Made by a program: the position numbers and the translations under genes. This document shows, one piece after another, positions 25,884 through 35,635 of a stretch of 42,674 bases of DNA. Origin of the DNA: a virus (lineage: Duplodnaviria; Caudoviricetes); IMG/VR virus record IMGVR_UViG_3300033407_000045, positions 1-42,674 of that record. One strand, given 5' to 3'. The notes under the pieces were generated by a model, which was not told the origin of the DNA, searched no databases, and saw nothing but the letters and a program-made list of their open reading frames with translations. How positions within the stretch are numbered: the stretch's first letter is position 1; every line of letters begins with the position of its first letter.

Positions 25884-28774
25884 GACGAGACATCGCAGCG
25901 CTGTTCGGCGGCGCCATCACCGCGGTCTCCTCGGGCGCTGCGGTCTTCTTCGGCGCGATCGCTCTCTCGCTCGTCCTGGCTCAGACCGAGCACGTCGAGA
26001 CGTACTCGATCGAGGGCCACGGCACGCGCAACCCTGACGGCACGATCACCGCGACGCTGACGCTGACCGAGATCCCGCCGATTCCGGAAGAGCCGCCGGA
26101 GCCGGAGCCCGAGCCGGAGCCGGAGCCCGAGCCCGAGCCGCCGGCGCCCACTGAAATCCGTGTCGCGTGGCAGGAGACCGGGCCGGCAAACTCCCTCGAC
26201 TCGGCCGACACCTTCGAGGTGCTCGCAGACGAGATCGTATCCCGCGGCTCGGGTCCGAACTGCCACGCGCACACGGACCAGATCTTCGCCGCGCCGATCG
26301 AGCTCTACGCCGAGGTCTACGTCGCGACGACGGCGAGCGGCAGCGGCTGCGGCATCACGCTCTGCTCGCAGTACCCAGCGAGCGATACGTACCTGCGCGT
26401 GCGCACGTACTCGGGCGGCGCATGGGACGCCAACGTACACCCGAACGCGCCGATCGCGGAGTCGCCGGCCATGCCCGACCCCCGCGCCGGTGAATGGTGG
26501 TCGATCCGCGTTCGGGTGCCTGAGGAGGGGGCGGTCGCCGCGCGTGTCTGGCGCGCAGTCGACAGCGAGCCAAGCGAATGGTCGACCGCTCCCTACTCCG
26601 GCCCGCGCACGGGCCGCATCGGACTCTGGTATCACGGCGCCGCGGGATTCCGCTGGCGCGCGCTCGCGGTTACGATCGGCGACTTCGATGATGCTCAACT
26701 CTCAGTCCTACCCCTCACATGGGATCCAGCCGAGGATCCTCGACCCAACGATCCGGCTCCGGATCCAGACCCAATAGACCCCACCCCTACGGATCCGGAG
26801 CCGGAACTACCACCCGAAGACGAGGGAACCGCGAGTAACGAGGACGACATCATGGGAGTGCGTGCGATCCGCTGGAAGCTGCGTAAGTTTCGTGAGGGCG
26901 AGTCGACGCCGTTCGCTGTCGTCAAGGCCGACGGGAACGTGATGCTTGACGAGGGCATCGGCGAACTCCTTGATCTCTTCGTGGGTGCTGGTGGCACTCC
27001 GTTCTCGAACGGCAACGCGCATCTCGCGGTCGGCGACTCGAGCACGGCAGCGGACGCAGCGCAGACGGGACTGGTCGGGGCGAACAAGCATTACGAGCCC
27101 GTCGACGCGAGCTATCCGCAGGTCGTCGGGCAGGAGGCGATCTTCCGCGCGACGTTCGAGTCGGGCGATGCCAACTTCGCGTGGGAAGAACTCTCGATCG
27201 CGAATGGGAACAGCGCGGCGGTGAACCTAAACCGCAAGGTTGAGTCGCTCGGGACGAAGACCTCGGGGCAGATCTGGGAGCTCACGGTCACGCTCGGTGA
27301 GGCTGTGGCCGGCGAGGGCGAGCTCGTGATGTCCGTCTCGCACGAAGACATCACGGTGAATTTCTCCGGTGCCGGCGCCGAGATCGAGTACACCGCGCTG
27401 GGCGATCCAGTGCTGATCGAGAGCGCGACAGTGTCGGACTACACGCTCGACGACTCGCCGACCTCGACGCCGCACTCGGAGGGCGGCGAGCGCCGGCACG
27501 GCGCGATGCTCAACATCCTGCCCGACGGCCACCCTGACGTGCAGGGCGACGTCAAGGAGTACTCGCAGGGATTCGATGGCTCGATCGGCTACAGCACTGG
27601 GCGCGATGCATCACTGTCGCTGCCGATTGCGATGTCGGCTGGGGACACGCTCGTGATCGGTTGCTCGTGGCTCGACTCGGAGTCTGCCGATCCGAACTTT
27701 CCGAACGTCGACTCGCGCGGCACCCGTGGCCTCAAGACGGCGATCGCTCTGTCGTCGGTCTCGTCTGCGTACCGCGGCCTTATGTCGGGCTACTTCCGCC
27801 CGTCTCCGTACTCGCGCCAGTTCGCACCGGTTCCTGTCTCGCAGGTGAACCTTTCGCTGCTCCCGTCGCTCGCAGCGCCGGGCACCGCGCCGAACGTCGC
27901 GGCCATCGTGACGAGGGCGAAGCGCTACTCGGTCGACTACTGCGGTCTTTGGTCCGGACGCTACCACCGAAACCGTCGGGCGACCGCCGACTACGGCACC
28001 GACATGGCGCTCGAGTACGCGCGCATTATGCTTCTGCTGTGTACCGACGAGCCGACGACTGAGGAGAAGCAGGACCTCGCGTACGCTCTCGTCCAGCGCG
28101 GGATCGATCTCTACGGATCGATGATGGAGCACGGCGTTTGGCCTGGCGCTGGCGGACACGGAGTCGGCAGGCTCCCGGTGCTCCTCCTCACGGCGTACCT
28201 CCTCGAAGACTCGACGATGATGGCGAACATCGTCGACCGCATCGATGGAATCTCGGGGGACGAATACCCGGGCTACCGCTTCGACGAGCACATGCATTAC
28301 TACTACGCGCCGAACGCCGCGCATCCCGTCTTCTATGATGCGCCGACGAACTCGCAGCCCGTCTACGTCGACGCGCTCTTCGGACTTTCTGCGTCGCTTC
28401 CGACCGGGTGCAACGCCGGATATGTGAACCACGACTGCCGCGATCCTGATGGGCTGATCAACAGCCCCGACATCGGCATCGACCCAGAGACCGGGCTGCC
28501 TTGGGAGGCGGGCTCGTACATTCGCAACGGCACGATGACGGCGTCACTCGGCGAGGTGCTAGCGCTTAGAATCGTCGGATTCGCTACGAGCGGCAACGCA
28601 CACGACATCGGCTCATCGCCGGCAAAGATCCTCTATCCGTACTTCGCCTACAGCGACTACTACTACGCCGGCATCCCGATCGAGTTCGCAGGCGATCCTA
28701 ACGTCACGTTCTGGCAGTACAGGAATGACACGTTCGTGCGCGACATGTACAACATGCACAGAGGTTCGTTCTGA
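25880..28774 (+). CDS. 964-aa multidomain protein: signal peptide, Pro-Glu linker, lectin-like domain, embedded virion collar-like domain, large C-terminal domain
   Basis: Hydrophobic N-terminus ending VLA/QTE, (PE)n repeat, Trp-rich beta domain, Pro/Asp linker, and a segment paralogous to 30779-31294. Confidence 0.8.
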   Translation: MRRDIAALFGGAITAVSSGAAVFFGAIALSLVLAQTEHVETYSIEGHGTRNPDGTITATLTLTEIPPIPEEPPEPEPEPEPEPEPEPPAPTEIRVAWQETGPANSLDSADTFEVLADEIVSRGSGPNCHAHTDQIFAAPIELYAEVYVATTASGSGCGITLCSQYPASDTYLRVRTYSGGAWDANVHPNAPIAESPAMPDPRAGEWWSIRVRVPEEGAVAARVWRAVDSEPSEWSTAPYSGPRTGRIGLWYHGAAGFRWRALAVTIGDFDDAQLSVLPLTWDPAEDPRPNDPAPDPDPIDPTPTDPEPELPPEDEGTASNEDDIMGVRAIRWKLRKFREGESTPFAVVKADGNVMLDEGIGELLDLFVGAGGTPFSNGNAHLAVGDSSTAADAAQTGLVGANKHYEPVDASYPQVVGQEAIFRATFESGDANFAWEELSIANGNSAAVNLNRKVESLGTKTSGQIWELTVTLGEAVAGEGELVMSVSHEDITVNFSGAGAEIEYTALGDPVLIESATVSDYTLDDSPTSTPHSEGGERRHGAMLNILPDGHPDVQGDVKEYSQGFDGSIGYSTGRDASLSLPIAMSAGDTLVIGCSWLDSESADPNFPNVDSRGTRGLKTAIALSSVSSAYRGLMSGYFRPSPYSRQFAPVPVSQVNLSLLPSLAAPGTAPNVAAIVTRAKRYSVDYCGLWSGRYHRNRRATADYGTDMALEYARIMLLLCTDEPTTEEKQDLAYALVQRGIDLYGSMMEHGVWPGAGGHGVGRLPVLLLTAYLLEDSTMMANIVDRIDGISGDEYPGYRFDEHMHYYYAPNAAHPVFYDAPTNSQPVYVDALFGLSASLPTGCNAGYVNHDCRDPDGLINSPDIGIDPETGLPWEAGSYIRNGTMTASLGEVLALRIVGFATSGNAHDIGSSPAKILYPYFAYSDYYYAGIPIEFAGDPNVTFWQYRNDTFVRDMYNMHRGSF

Positions 28775-29235
28775 TGGCCGGGCCATTTCCCCCCTTCAGC
28801 GCGATTCCGATCACCAGCGGCAGCGTCTGGCCAGAGCCGTACGATGGCGCCGAAGCGATGATGGTCGAGGCATCGGTCGGTGCGGATTCCACGTGGCGGC
28901 TCGCATTCGACGTGCCGACAGTGCTACCGAGCGGCACCGCGAAATTGCGGTTGAGTGCACGAGCGAACGCCGCGACCGGCGTGGCGAAAGTGAACCCGCA
29001 GTGGGTCTCAGTCGCTGTCGAGGAAGACTTCGGCGGCGCGTCTGTCAACGCCGAAGGCACGCAGACGGTGACGTGGGGGACCGGCGACGAAGATCAAATC
29101 AAAGAGGCGAAGGTCGATCTCGACGCTGATACGGTCGTCGCCGGCGAGCGCATCAAGATGGATCTCGTCTTCGAAACGACCGACTGGACGCTCGCGGTCA
29201 AGAGCGCGTGGGACGCCGCGATCATCTGGGAGTGA
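28774..29235 (+). CDS. Hypothetical beta-rich virion accessory protein
   Basis: TGATG coupling. 153 aa, beta-sandwich-like composition. Confidence 0.7.
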   Translation: MAGPFPPFSAIPITSGSVWPEPYDGAEAMMVEASVGADSTWRLAFDVPTVLPSGTAKLRLSARANAATGVAKVNPQWVSVAVEEDFGGASVNAEGTQTVTWGTGDEDQIKEAKVDLDADTVVAGERIKMDLVFETTDWTLAVKSAWDAAIIWE

Positions 29236-29238
29236 TCC

Positions 29239-30765
29239 GTGCCTCGACTCTTCGGCCCAAACACCTCTGGCGGCGCCTACGCGGAGGGGTCGTTCGTCGC
29301 TGCTCCGGCAACGACTGTCACGATATCCGCGTGGTTTCGCGCGACTGCGGCGACGGGCGCGTGGTGGGTTTTCAGCGTCGCGGATTCCGCTGTCCAAACC
29401 AACTATTACGGCATCCTAGTTCGCGGTGATGTTGCCGGCGATCCGGTTGGCGTTGCGAAACGCGCCGGCGGCTCCTTCATCGAAGCGACAAGCCTAGGTC
29501 CAGGTGGGGCGGGTTTCAGCGTGGGAACGTGGCATCACATCGTCGGTATAATCGACTTCTCCGCGCCATCGATGAGAGCGTATCTCGACGGCGTCGCTGG
29601 TAGCCCTGTCGCGACAGCCGGAACGCCGACTAGTCTCGATGTGACGTCCATCGGTCGCGTCGGCGATTCGACGCCGGATAACCCGTTCGACGGCGACATC
29701 GGCCATGTCGCTGTTTGGCCCGATACCATCCTCACTGCGGAGGAGATTGCAGCGCTTGCTGCCGGCGCTGACGAGCGCACGATTCGTCCTGGCGTTGTCA
29801 GGCCTATCCCGCTCTGGGGAATCCACGATCCGGAGCCAGTGCTCGACGATGTCGGCGACACGCTGACTTTGTTCAACTCGCCGGCGCAATCGGATTCTGG
29901 CCCGCCAGTCTCGCGGCGACTGATCGTGCCGATCGAGTTCCAGCAGGCGGCGGGGACGACCAAGAGCGTCGCGGACAACGCGGCAGGCGCGGACGCCGTC
30001 TCGGTCTCAGCATCTGTCGCCGTCGCTGAAAGCGGCTCAGGAGCCGACGCTAACCCATCGCTCGGCGCCGAGCTCGCGATCGCCGAGAGCGGCGCGGGCG
30101 CCGACGCGAATCCGTCAGTCTCGGCGCTCGCGCTCATCGCAGAGGTCGGCACTGGAGCCGACGGAGCGCCTACGATCAACGTCTCGCTCGCCGTGGCGGA
30201 ATCCGGCGCCGGCGGCGACACCGTCGACGTCGAGACCGCAGGCTCCGAGAAGAGCGTCTCCGACACGGGCGCTGGCTCCGACGCTGCTCCGCAGATCTCC
30301 GTGGCCGCGCTCGTCGCCGATGCAGGCGCTGGCGGCGACTCGGCTCAGGCATCCGTTGCGTCGACGGTTGCGGACGAGTTCTCGGGCGCTGAGCAGGTTA
30401 CGATCGCAGTAGACGTCGCCATCGCCGATTCGGGCGCTGGCGCCGAAACGATCGCGGCTGCGATTCTCGCTCTGGTCGCTGATGTCGGAGCGGGCGTCGA
30501 CTCGATCGGAGTCTCGACCGAGACCGAGAAAAGCGTCTCCGACACGGGCGCAGGCAGCGACCAGGTCCTCGCCGCGACCGTGGTCGTCAATCTCGCCGAC
30601 GCGTGCTCGGCGGAAGAGTTCGTGGCAGTTCTTGCTCAGCTGCTCGTCGCGGAGAGCGGATCGGCCAGCGAAGGGATTACGCGCCTCGGTGGCGTGGTGG
30701 ATGTCCTCATCAAGGAGCGTCGCGTCGTCTTCCGAACAGTACGGGAGATGCGGGCCAAGTTCTGA
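29239..30765 (+). CDS. LamG/concanavalin-A-like domain plus Ala/Ser/Asp repeat stalk (fibre-like)
   Basis: TISAWF, GTWHHIVG, AYLDG, FDGDIGHVAVW...LTAEEI LamG motifs. About 19-20-aa repeats of V(A/S)(D/E)(S/T)GAGAD. Confidence 0.8.
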   Translation: MPRLFGPNTSGGAYAEGSFVAAPATTVTISAWFRATAATGAWWVFSVADSAVQTNYYGILVRGDVAGDPVGVAKRAGGSFIEATSLGPGGAGFSVGTWHHIVGIIDFSAPSMRAYLDGVAGSPVATAGTPTSLDVTSIGRVGDSTPDNPFDGDIGHVAVWPDTILTAEEIAALAAGADERTIRPGVVRPIPLWGIHDPEPVLDDVGDTLTLFNSPAQSDSGPPVSRRLIVPIEFQQAAGTTKSVADNAAGADAVSVSASVAVAESGSGADANPSLGAELAIAESGAGADANPSVSALALIAEVGTGADGAPTINVSLAVAESGAGGDTVDVETAGSEKSVSDTGAGSDAAPQISVAALVADAGAGGDSAQASVASTVADEFSGAEQVTIAVDVAIADSGAGAETIAAAILALVADVGAGVDSIGVSTETEKSVSDTGAGSDQVLAATVVVNLADACSAEEFVAVLAQLLVAESGSASEGITRLGGVVDVLIKERRVVFRTVREMRAKF

Positions 30766-30778
30766 CTGGAGAGAGGCG

Positions 30779-31294
30779 ATGAGCGTAAGCGTGCTCGAGC
30801 GACCGAAGCGCCGCGAGGTCTTCACCCTCCGCCGCTGGGAGTCGCGAGAAGACTATGAGCTTTGGCGCGACGGTGACATGGTCGCGCAGCCCATCGAGGA
30901 GAGCGTGTTCGAGAAGAACGTGCTTCTCAACGAGGGCATCGGTGCCCTCCTCAACCTGCTGATCGGCGCGGCGGAAACCGCGTTCTCGAATGCCAACGCC
31001 TTCATCGGCGTCGGCGACGACAACACCGCGGAGAGCGCGGCGCAGACCGGTCTCATCGCCGCGACCAACAAGCTCTACAAGGCGATGGAGGCGAGCTACC
31101 CGCAGATCGCCTCACAGACCGTCACGTTCCGCGCCGTCTTCGGGACGAGCGAGGGGAACTTCGACTGGAACGAATTCACGGTGGCGTCGGGCAACTCGGA
31201 CGCTGCCGACAACCTCAACCGCAAGGTCTCAGCGCAGGGGACCAAGGCGTCGGGGCAGACCTGGACCATCGACGTCGCCGTCACGTTCTCGTGA
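30779..31294 (+). CDS. Virion accessory protein (collar-like domain)
   Basis: GAGAGG RBS. NVLLNEGI...IGVGD...QTGL...YPQ...FRAVF...NFDWNE...LNRKV...GTK pattern. Confidence 0.8.
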   Translation: MSVSVLERPKRREVFTLRRWESREDYELWRDGDMVAQPIEESVFEKNVLLNEGIGALLNLLIGAAETAFSNANAFIGVGDDNTAESAAQTGLIAATNKLYKAMEASYPQIASQTVTFRAVFGTSEGNFDWNEFTVASGNSDAADNLNRKVSAQGTKASGQTWTIDVAVTFS

Positions 31295-31316
31295 GAACGA
31301 GAAGGAGTAAAGACAC

Positions 31317-31532
31317 GTGAGCGAACTCAAGCTCCCTACGACCTGGTCGCGGCTCGAAACAGTCGCGAGGGACAACGGCATCGACCCGAGCGACAAGGAC
31401 GCGATCGCGAAGCTGCGCCGCGAGCTCGTGTCGCTGCGTAGTGCGGGCAAGCTCGTGCAGGGCTCGCACACGATCGACGGGCAGAGCGTCACGACGTATC
31501 GAGTTCGCGAGCCGGCGAACGTGGTGCGCTGA
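31317..31532 (+). CDS. Hypothetical protein
   Basis: AAGGAG RBS. TGATG coupling to the next gene. Confidence 0.65.
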   Translation: MSELKLPTTWSRLETVARDNGIDPSDKDAIAKLRRELVSLRSAGKLVQGSHTIDGQSVTTYRVREPANVVR

Positions 31533-31930
31533 TGCCGCTCTTCGCCGACCCGCTTACAGTCGGATCGGCAGACCTGATCCGGGTCTACTGCGAGGACGTG
31601 TGGACGGACCACCAGGCGAAACGGAAGCGGGAGGCGCCAGTCGACCTCTCGTTCTACTCGTCGATCGTGCTGCAGCTCTGGTACTACGTCGAGGGCTCTG
31701 GATACCCAGACGTCTCAACGGCGCCTGCCGATCTGGAATTCACGCTCACGGTAGATCCGGATCAGTCAGACCCGGCGACGAACCCAGACTCGCAGCGCGG
31801 CTACGCGACCTTTCAGCTCGACTCGAACAGTATCACGACGGCCGGTCTCGTCGTGGCACGAGTGGTCGCTACCGACGGCGCAGCGAAGCCGCACAAGTCC
31901 GAGCTCTTCTACGACCGGATTCAAGCGTGA
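31532..31930 (+). CDS. Hypothetical protein (BppU-N/Ig-like adaptor candidate)
   Basis: PVDLS...GYATFQL...TTAG pattern within the virion accessory cluster. Confidence 0.5.
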   Translation: MPLFADPLTVGSADLIRVYCEDVWTDHQAKRKREAPVDLSFYSSIVLQLWYYVEGSGYPDVSTAPADLEFTLTVDPDQSDPATNPDSQRGYATFQLDSNSITTAGLVVARVVATDGAAKPHKSELFYDRIQA

Positions 31931-31943
31931 GGAGGATCACGAC

Positions 31944-32372
31944 GTGAAGATTTCACGAGACGAAATCGAGAGGGCTCTCGGCGCGCCACGGCGAGTCGAA
32001 GTCCACGCACGGCATGGCGGGCTGACGCTCAGGCAGCTCCAGTTCGCGATGCGATCGAGAGAGGAGGGCGGGGGCTACGAGCCCGTCGACCTCGAGATCG
32101 ATGAGGAGGAGCTGCTCCGCGGCTTGCCGCACGGCAAGGCGACCCTCTACCTCAGAGGGCGCTACGGTGACGACTGGCGTGAGGGAGACTTCGTCTCGCT
32201 CGACGCTCAGACCGAGCGAGAGGAGGAGACCGAGGGCAGCAGCGAGGAGGCGCCTCAGAGCCCCTCTGCGGAGCTCACCGGGGAAGAGACCCCGAGTGTC
32301 GAGCCGAGCGAGCAGAGCCCCGCAGAGGAGAGCGAGGGCGCAGCGGCGGACGTTTCAGAGTCGAAGGCGTGA
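31944..32372 (+). CDS. Hypothetical protein with acidic tail
   Basis: GAGGAGG RBS. E/S-rich C-terminus. Confidence 0.65.
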   Translation: MKISRDEIERALGAPRRVEVHARHGGLTLRQLQFAMRSREEGGGYEPVDLEIDEEELLRGLPHGKATLYLRGRYGDDWREGDFVSLDAQTEREEETEGSSEEAPQSPSAELTGEETPSVEPSEQSPAEESEGAAADVSESKA

Positions 32373-32415
32373 TCGACCGGCCCTCCGCGGTTGGCGAGGC
32401 TGCCAGAGTGGCAGC

Positions 32416-32460
32416 GGGTCCTCCGTGGGGGGTGCCCCGTATAGCGGGTAGCCGAGGACC
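32416..32460 (+). other. Lambda-like cos region (cosQ/cosN candidate)
   Basis: GGGTCCT (identical to lambda cosQ) at 32416-32422, then 17 nt, then TATAGCGGGTAGCCGAGG. Intergenic, just upstream of Nu1/GpA-type terminase genes. Confidence 0.55.
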
Positions 32461-32505
32461 ACTCTTTCACCACATTGGTTTTTCGCGGGTCCCCCTGCCC
32501 CGTCG

Positions 32506-32577
32506 GGGGGGCATCGCTGCCACCCTGGCAGTCCCGGGGGGCATCGCTGCCACCCTGGCAGTCCCGGGGGGCATCGC
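32506..32577. repeat. 30-bp tandem repeat x2.4 with internal CTGCCA-ccc-TGGCAG dyad
   Basis: GGGGGGCATCGCTGCCACCCTGGCAGTCCC at 32506 and 32536, partial copy at 32566. Related TGCCAgagTGGCA at 32401. Confidence 0.9.
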
Positions 32578-32598
32578 AGGCCGACAGAGGATGCGCGC

Positions 32599-33198
32599 AT
32601 GTCAGACGAGTCCATCGTCGCGGCGGCGCGGAGAACGAGACACGAGCGACTCCGCGCGAAGGCGGAGGCGGGGGAGCACCTCACGGAGCCGGAGCTTCGC
32701 GAGCTGGAGCGCCTCGAGGGGGCCGTACCCGAGGGCTGTTTCGCGACGCAGAAGGAGCTCGCGGCTGCGGTCGGGATCCACCCGAAGACGGTGCGGAACT
32801 GGGCCGACGCCGGCATGCCGAGGCGCCCGGACGGGCTCTACAGCGTGCGGGACGTCGTGGCATGGCGCGACGCGCGGAAGAACGCCACGCGCCGGAGAGC
32901 AGCGCCGACGGCCGCCGAGAAGGCCGAGACGCGCCGGAAGATCGCGGCGGCGGAGCTCGCCGAGCTCGAGCTCGCGGCGCGGCGTGGTGAGCTGATCTCG
33001 CGCCAGGAGGTCGAGGCCGGGCGAGTCGAGCGCCTCCGGCTCTTCCGCAGCGCGCTCGCGGCGATGGTGCGCTCGGTCTCGCCGCTCCTCGAGCATCGCG
33101 ACACGCTGTCGATCCGCAACCTGCTGTCGATCGAGATCGAGCGCATTCTTCGTGCGTTCGCGGGGCAGAGCGAGCACGACGAAGAGGGTGCTGCTTGA
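32599..33198 (+). CDS. Terminase small subunit (Nu1-like, HTH)
   Basis: TQKELAAAVGIHPKTVRNWADAGMP HTH and AELAELELAARRGELI motif. Precedes terminase large. Confidence 0.9.
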   Translation: MSDESIVAAARRTRHERLRAKAEAGEHLTEPELRELERLEGAVPEGCFATQKELAAAVGIHPKTVRNWADAGMPRRPDGLYSVRDVVAWRDARKNATRRRAAPTAAEKAETRRKIAAAELAELELAARRGELISRQEVEAGRVERLRLFRSALAAMVRSVSPLLEHRDTLSIRNLLSIEIERILRAFAGQSEHDEEGAA

Positions 33199-35129
33199 GC
33201 GCGACGACGATAGCCGAGTCGGCGGCTCGATTCCGCGAGATCGCATCGCGAGACGAGCGCACGGCGCTGCGCGTGCCGAAGCGGCTCTCCGTGTCGGAGT
33301 GGGCGGACCGTTACCGGGTGCTTGGCGGCTCGAGCCCGGAGCCTGGTCCGTGGCGCACCGCTCGCGCTCCGTACCTTGCTGGGATCATGGACTCGTTCTC
33401 GGATTCCACCTGCTCCGAGATCGTGTTCATGAAGCCGAGCCAGATCGGCGGCACGGAGGCGATCTACAACGCGATCGGCTACGCGATCGACCGCGACCCT
33501 GGCTCGATGATTATCATGATGCCGCGCAAGGAGGACGTGCGCCGCATCTCGCAGAACCGCCTCCAGAAGGTCATCACCGAGTCGCCGCGGCTTCGTCGCT
33601 ACCTTCCGAGCTCGCCCGACGACTTCAACATCTTCGAGTACCGCCTCCGCTCGATGTCGATCCGCCTTGCCGGATCGAACTCGCCGGCAGATCTCTCCGA
33701 GACACCGTGTCGCTACGTGCTGATCGACGAGACGGACAAGTGTCCGCGCTGGTCGGGACGCGAGGCGTCGCCGATCAATCTTGTCGTCGAGCGGGCGAAA
33801 AACTTCTACGACCGAAAGATCATCAAGACATCAACGCCAACGACGCGCGCCGGCGTGATCTTCCAGTCGTGGGAGCAGTCCGACCAGCGGCGGTATCACG
33901 TGCCGTGCCCGTTCTGCGAGGAGTATCAGCCGCTCGGATTCATGGGCGGGCTGCGCTGGTCGAAGGGTGCGAGTCCCGAGGACCTGGAGGCAGGTCGGGC
34001 GCGCGTCTGGTACGAGTGTCGCGCGTGCAAGCGATCGATGTCCGAGCGCCACAAGACGGAGATGCTCCAGCGAGGTCGCTGGATCGCGGAGCGCCCTGAG
34101 TCACGGATTCGCGGATTCCAGATCTCATCACTCTACTCGCCGTGGGTGCGATGGTTCGAGGTCGCCTCGGAGTTCCTCCGCTCGAAGGACTTTCCCGAGC
34201 GGATGATGAACTTCGTGAATTCGTGGCTCGGCGAGGTCTGGGAAGAGCGGGAGACCGAGACGACCGCGGATCACGTTCGCGCCTGCGCCGAGAGCTATGC
34301 GCAGGGCATCGTGCCGAGCGCGGTGCGCTTCCTCTTCGCTGGCATCGACGTGCAGTCAGACTACCTGGTGGGCGTGATACGCGGCTGGGCGCCCGGGGAG
34401 TCGAGCTACCTTGTCCGTGCGTTTCGCTGCCAGAGCTTCGACGAGCTGCAACACATCGTCTTCGGCACTCAATACGCGACCGCGCAAGATCCTGCCGAGA
34501 CGATGCGCGTCGTGCTCGCGGCCGTCGACTCGGGGCACCGCACTGACGAGGTCTATCGCTGGGTGCGCCGTAATGCCGAGCGAGCGATCGCGGTGAAGGG
34601 CGCGCCGGCGAGAATGCGCCTCGAGAAACCGCTCCGCGAATCTTCGATCGACCGCGACCCCAAGACAAAGAGGAGACTCGCGAAGGCCGTGCGACTCGCG
34701 CACGTCGATACGATCTACTTCAAGGACAAACTCGCGCGCATGATCCACTCGGGTCCGGGAGATCCATCACGCTTCTACGTGCACGAGGATCCGCCCGAGT
34801 GGTACCTCGAGCAGGTGGCCGCGGAGCACTGCGTCATCGACCGCGACCGCAAGACCGGCGAGGTGCGGCGCTACTGGGTGCCGCGCTCCAGCTCGGTCGC
34901 GAACCACGCTCTCGACTGCGAGGTCTACGCGGCCGCGGCGGAGCAGTTCACGTTCGGCGCCGGCATCCCCGCCGACGCCGGCGAGCGCGTGACCTACCAG
35001 CCGAAGAGGCGCGAGGAGAATACGCTCGAGTCTCTCGACCGAGACTTCATGGAGCGAGAGACGGGGCGGCGCGATGAGGACGGCGCATGGGTGAAACCCC
35101 GCAGGCGCCGGCGAGGGTGGCTCGCATGA
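33195..35129 (+). CDS. Terminase large subunit (lambda GpA family)
   Basis: SVSEWAD, PGPWR, KPSQIGGT, LIDETD, STPT, SDQRRYHVPCPFC, AGIDVQ, DSGH and NHALDCEVY motifs. Confidence 0.97.
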   Translation: MSATTIAESAARFREIASRDERTALRVPKRLSVSEWADRYRVLGGSSPEPGPWRTARAPYLAGIMDSFSDSTCSEIVFMKPSQIGGTEAIYNAIGYAIDRDPGSMIIMMPRKEDVRRISQNRLQKVITESPRLRRYLPSSPDDFNIFEYRLRSMSIRLAGSNSPADLSETPCRYVLIDETDKCPRWSGREASPINLVVERAKNFYDRKIIKTSTPTTRAGVIFQSWEQSDQRRYHVPCPFCEEYQPLGFMGGLRWSKGASPEDLEAGRARVWYECRACKRSMSERHKTEMLQRGRWIAERPESRIRGFQISSLYSPWVRWFEVASEFLRSKDFPERMMNFVNSWLGEVWEERETETTADHVRACAESYAQGIVPSAVRFLFAGIDVQSDYLVGVIRGWAPGESSYLVRAFRCQSFDELQHIVFGTQYATAQDPAETMRVVLAAVDSGHRTDEVYRWVRRNAERAIAVKGAPARMRLEKPLRESSIDRDPKTKRRLAKAVRLAHVDTIYFKDKLARMIHSGPGDPSRFYVHEDPPEWYLEQVAAEHCVIDRDRKTGEVRRYWVPRSSSVANHALDCEVYAAAAEQFTFGAGIPADAGERVTYQPKRREENTLESLDRDFMERETGRRDEDGAWVKPRRRRRGWLA

Positions 35130-35347
35130 GGTGGATCGAGATCAGTGGGGACGGGTGGAACGGGAGGCGCCGGCGACCCGAGGATGTGCACGACGTCGTC
35201 ATCGTGCGCAAGCTCCGCTGTCCGTGCTGCCTCTCGACGGACATCAAAATCAACGCGACGCGCGGCCGCATCCGCTATCACGTCTGCCAGAACAAACGCT
35301 GCGGATTCCGCTTCAAGTCGATCGAGGACCGAGCTGATGGGGATTGA
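35126..35347 (+). CDS. Ogr/Delta-like C4 zinc-finger protein
   Basis: CPCC...IRYHVCQNKRCGFRFKSIE motif. ATGA overlap with TerL. Confidence 0.75.
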   Translation: MRWIEISGDGWNGRRRRPEDVHDVVIVRKLRCPCCLSTDIKINATRGRIRYHVCQNKRCGFRFKSIEDRADGD

Positions 35348-35422
35348 GGGCGAGGCAGCTTTGTTCCAGTCTGCGGACCCGAGGTCTCGCCTCTGCGCCC
35401 CGCGTGATGGACCGTGCGCGGC

Positions 35423-35635
35423 ATGGCAACGCCGCAGGAAAACGTCGCGTACTTCGATGCTCTGATTGCCGAGCTCGCCCAGAACGGCCGCGGCATCACG
35501 GAGTACGAGGTTGAGGGGCGGCGAGTTCGGCGCGCGACGTTCGCCGATCTTCACGCAGAGCGCGAGCGCTGGCAGCGCCTGGCCGACGCCGAAGGGTCGC
35601 GTGGCAGTCGCCGCACGTTCGTGGACTTCCGATGA
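35423..35635 (+). CDS. Head-tail joining protein (gpW-like)
   Basis: Small ORF between TerL and portal with EYEVEGRRVRR motif. Confidence 0.75.
   Translation: MATPQENVAYFDALIAELAQNGRGITEYEVEGRRVRRATFADLHAERERWQRLADAEGSRGSRRTFVDFR

Noticed and set aside
26085-26145. GAGCCG/GAGCCC hexamer run as a phase-variation tract
   Set aside because: In-frame 6-nt units with synonymous variation encoding a Pro-Glu linker. Slippage would not switch the frame.
32506-32577. 30-bp palindromic repeat as a CRISPR mini-array partnering the Csf3-like gene
   Set aside because: Copies are directly adjacent with no spacers and sit in the cos-terminase interval. Better explained as packaging sites.
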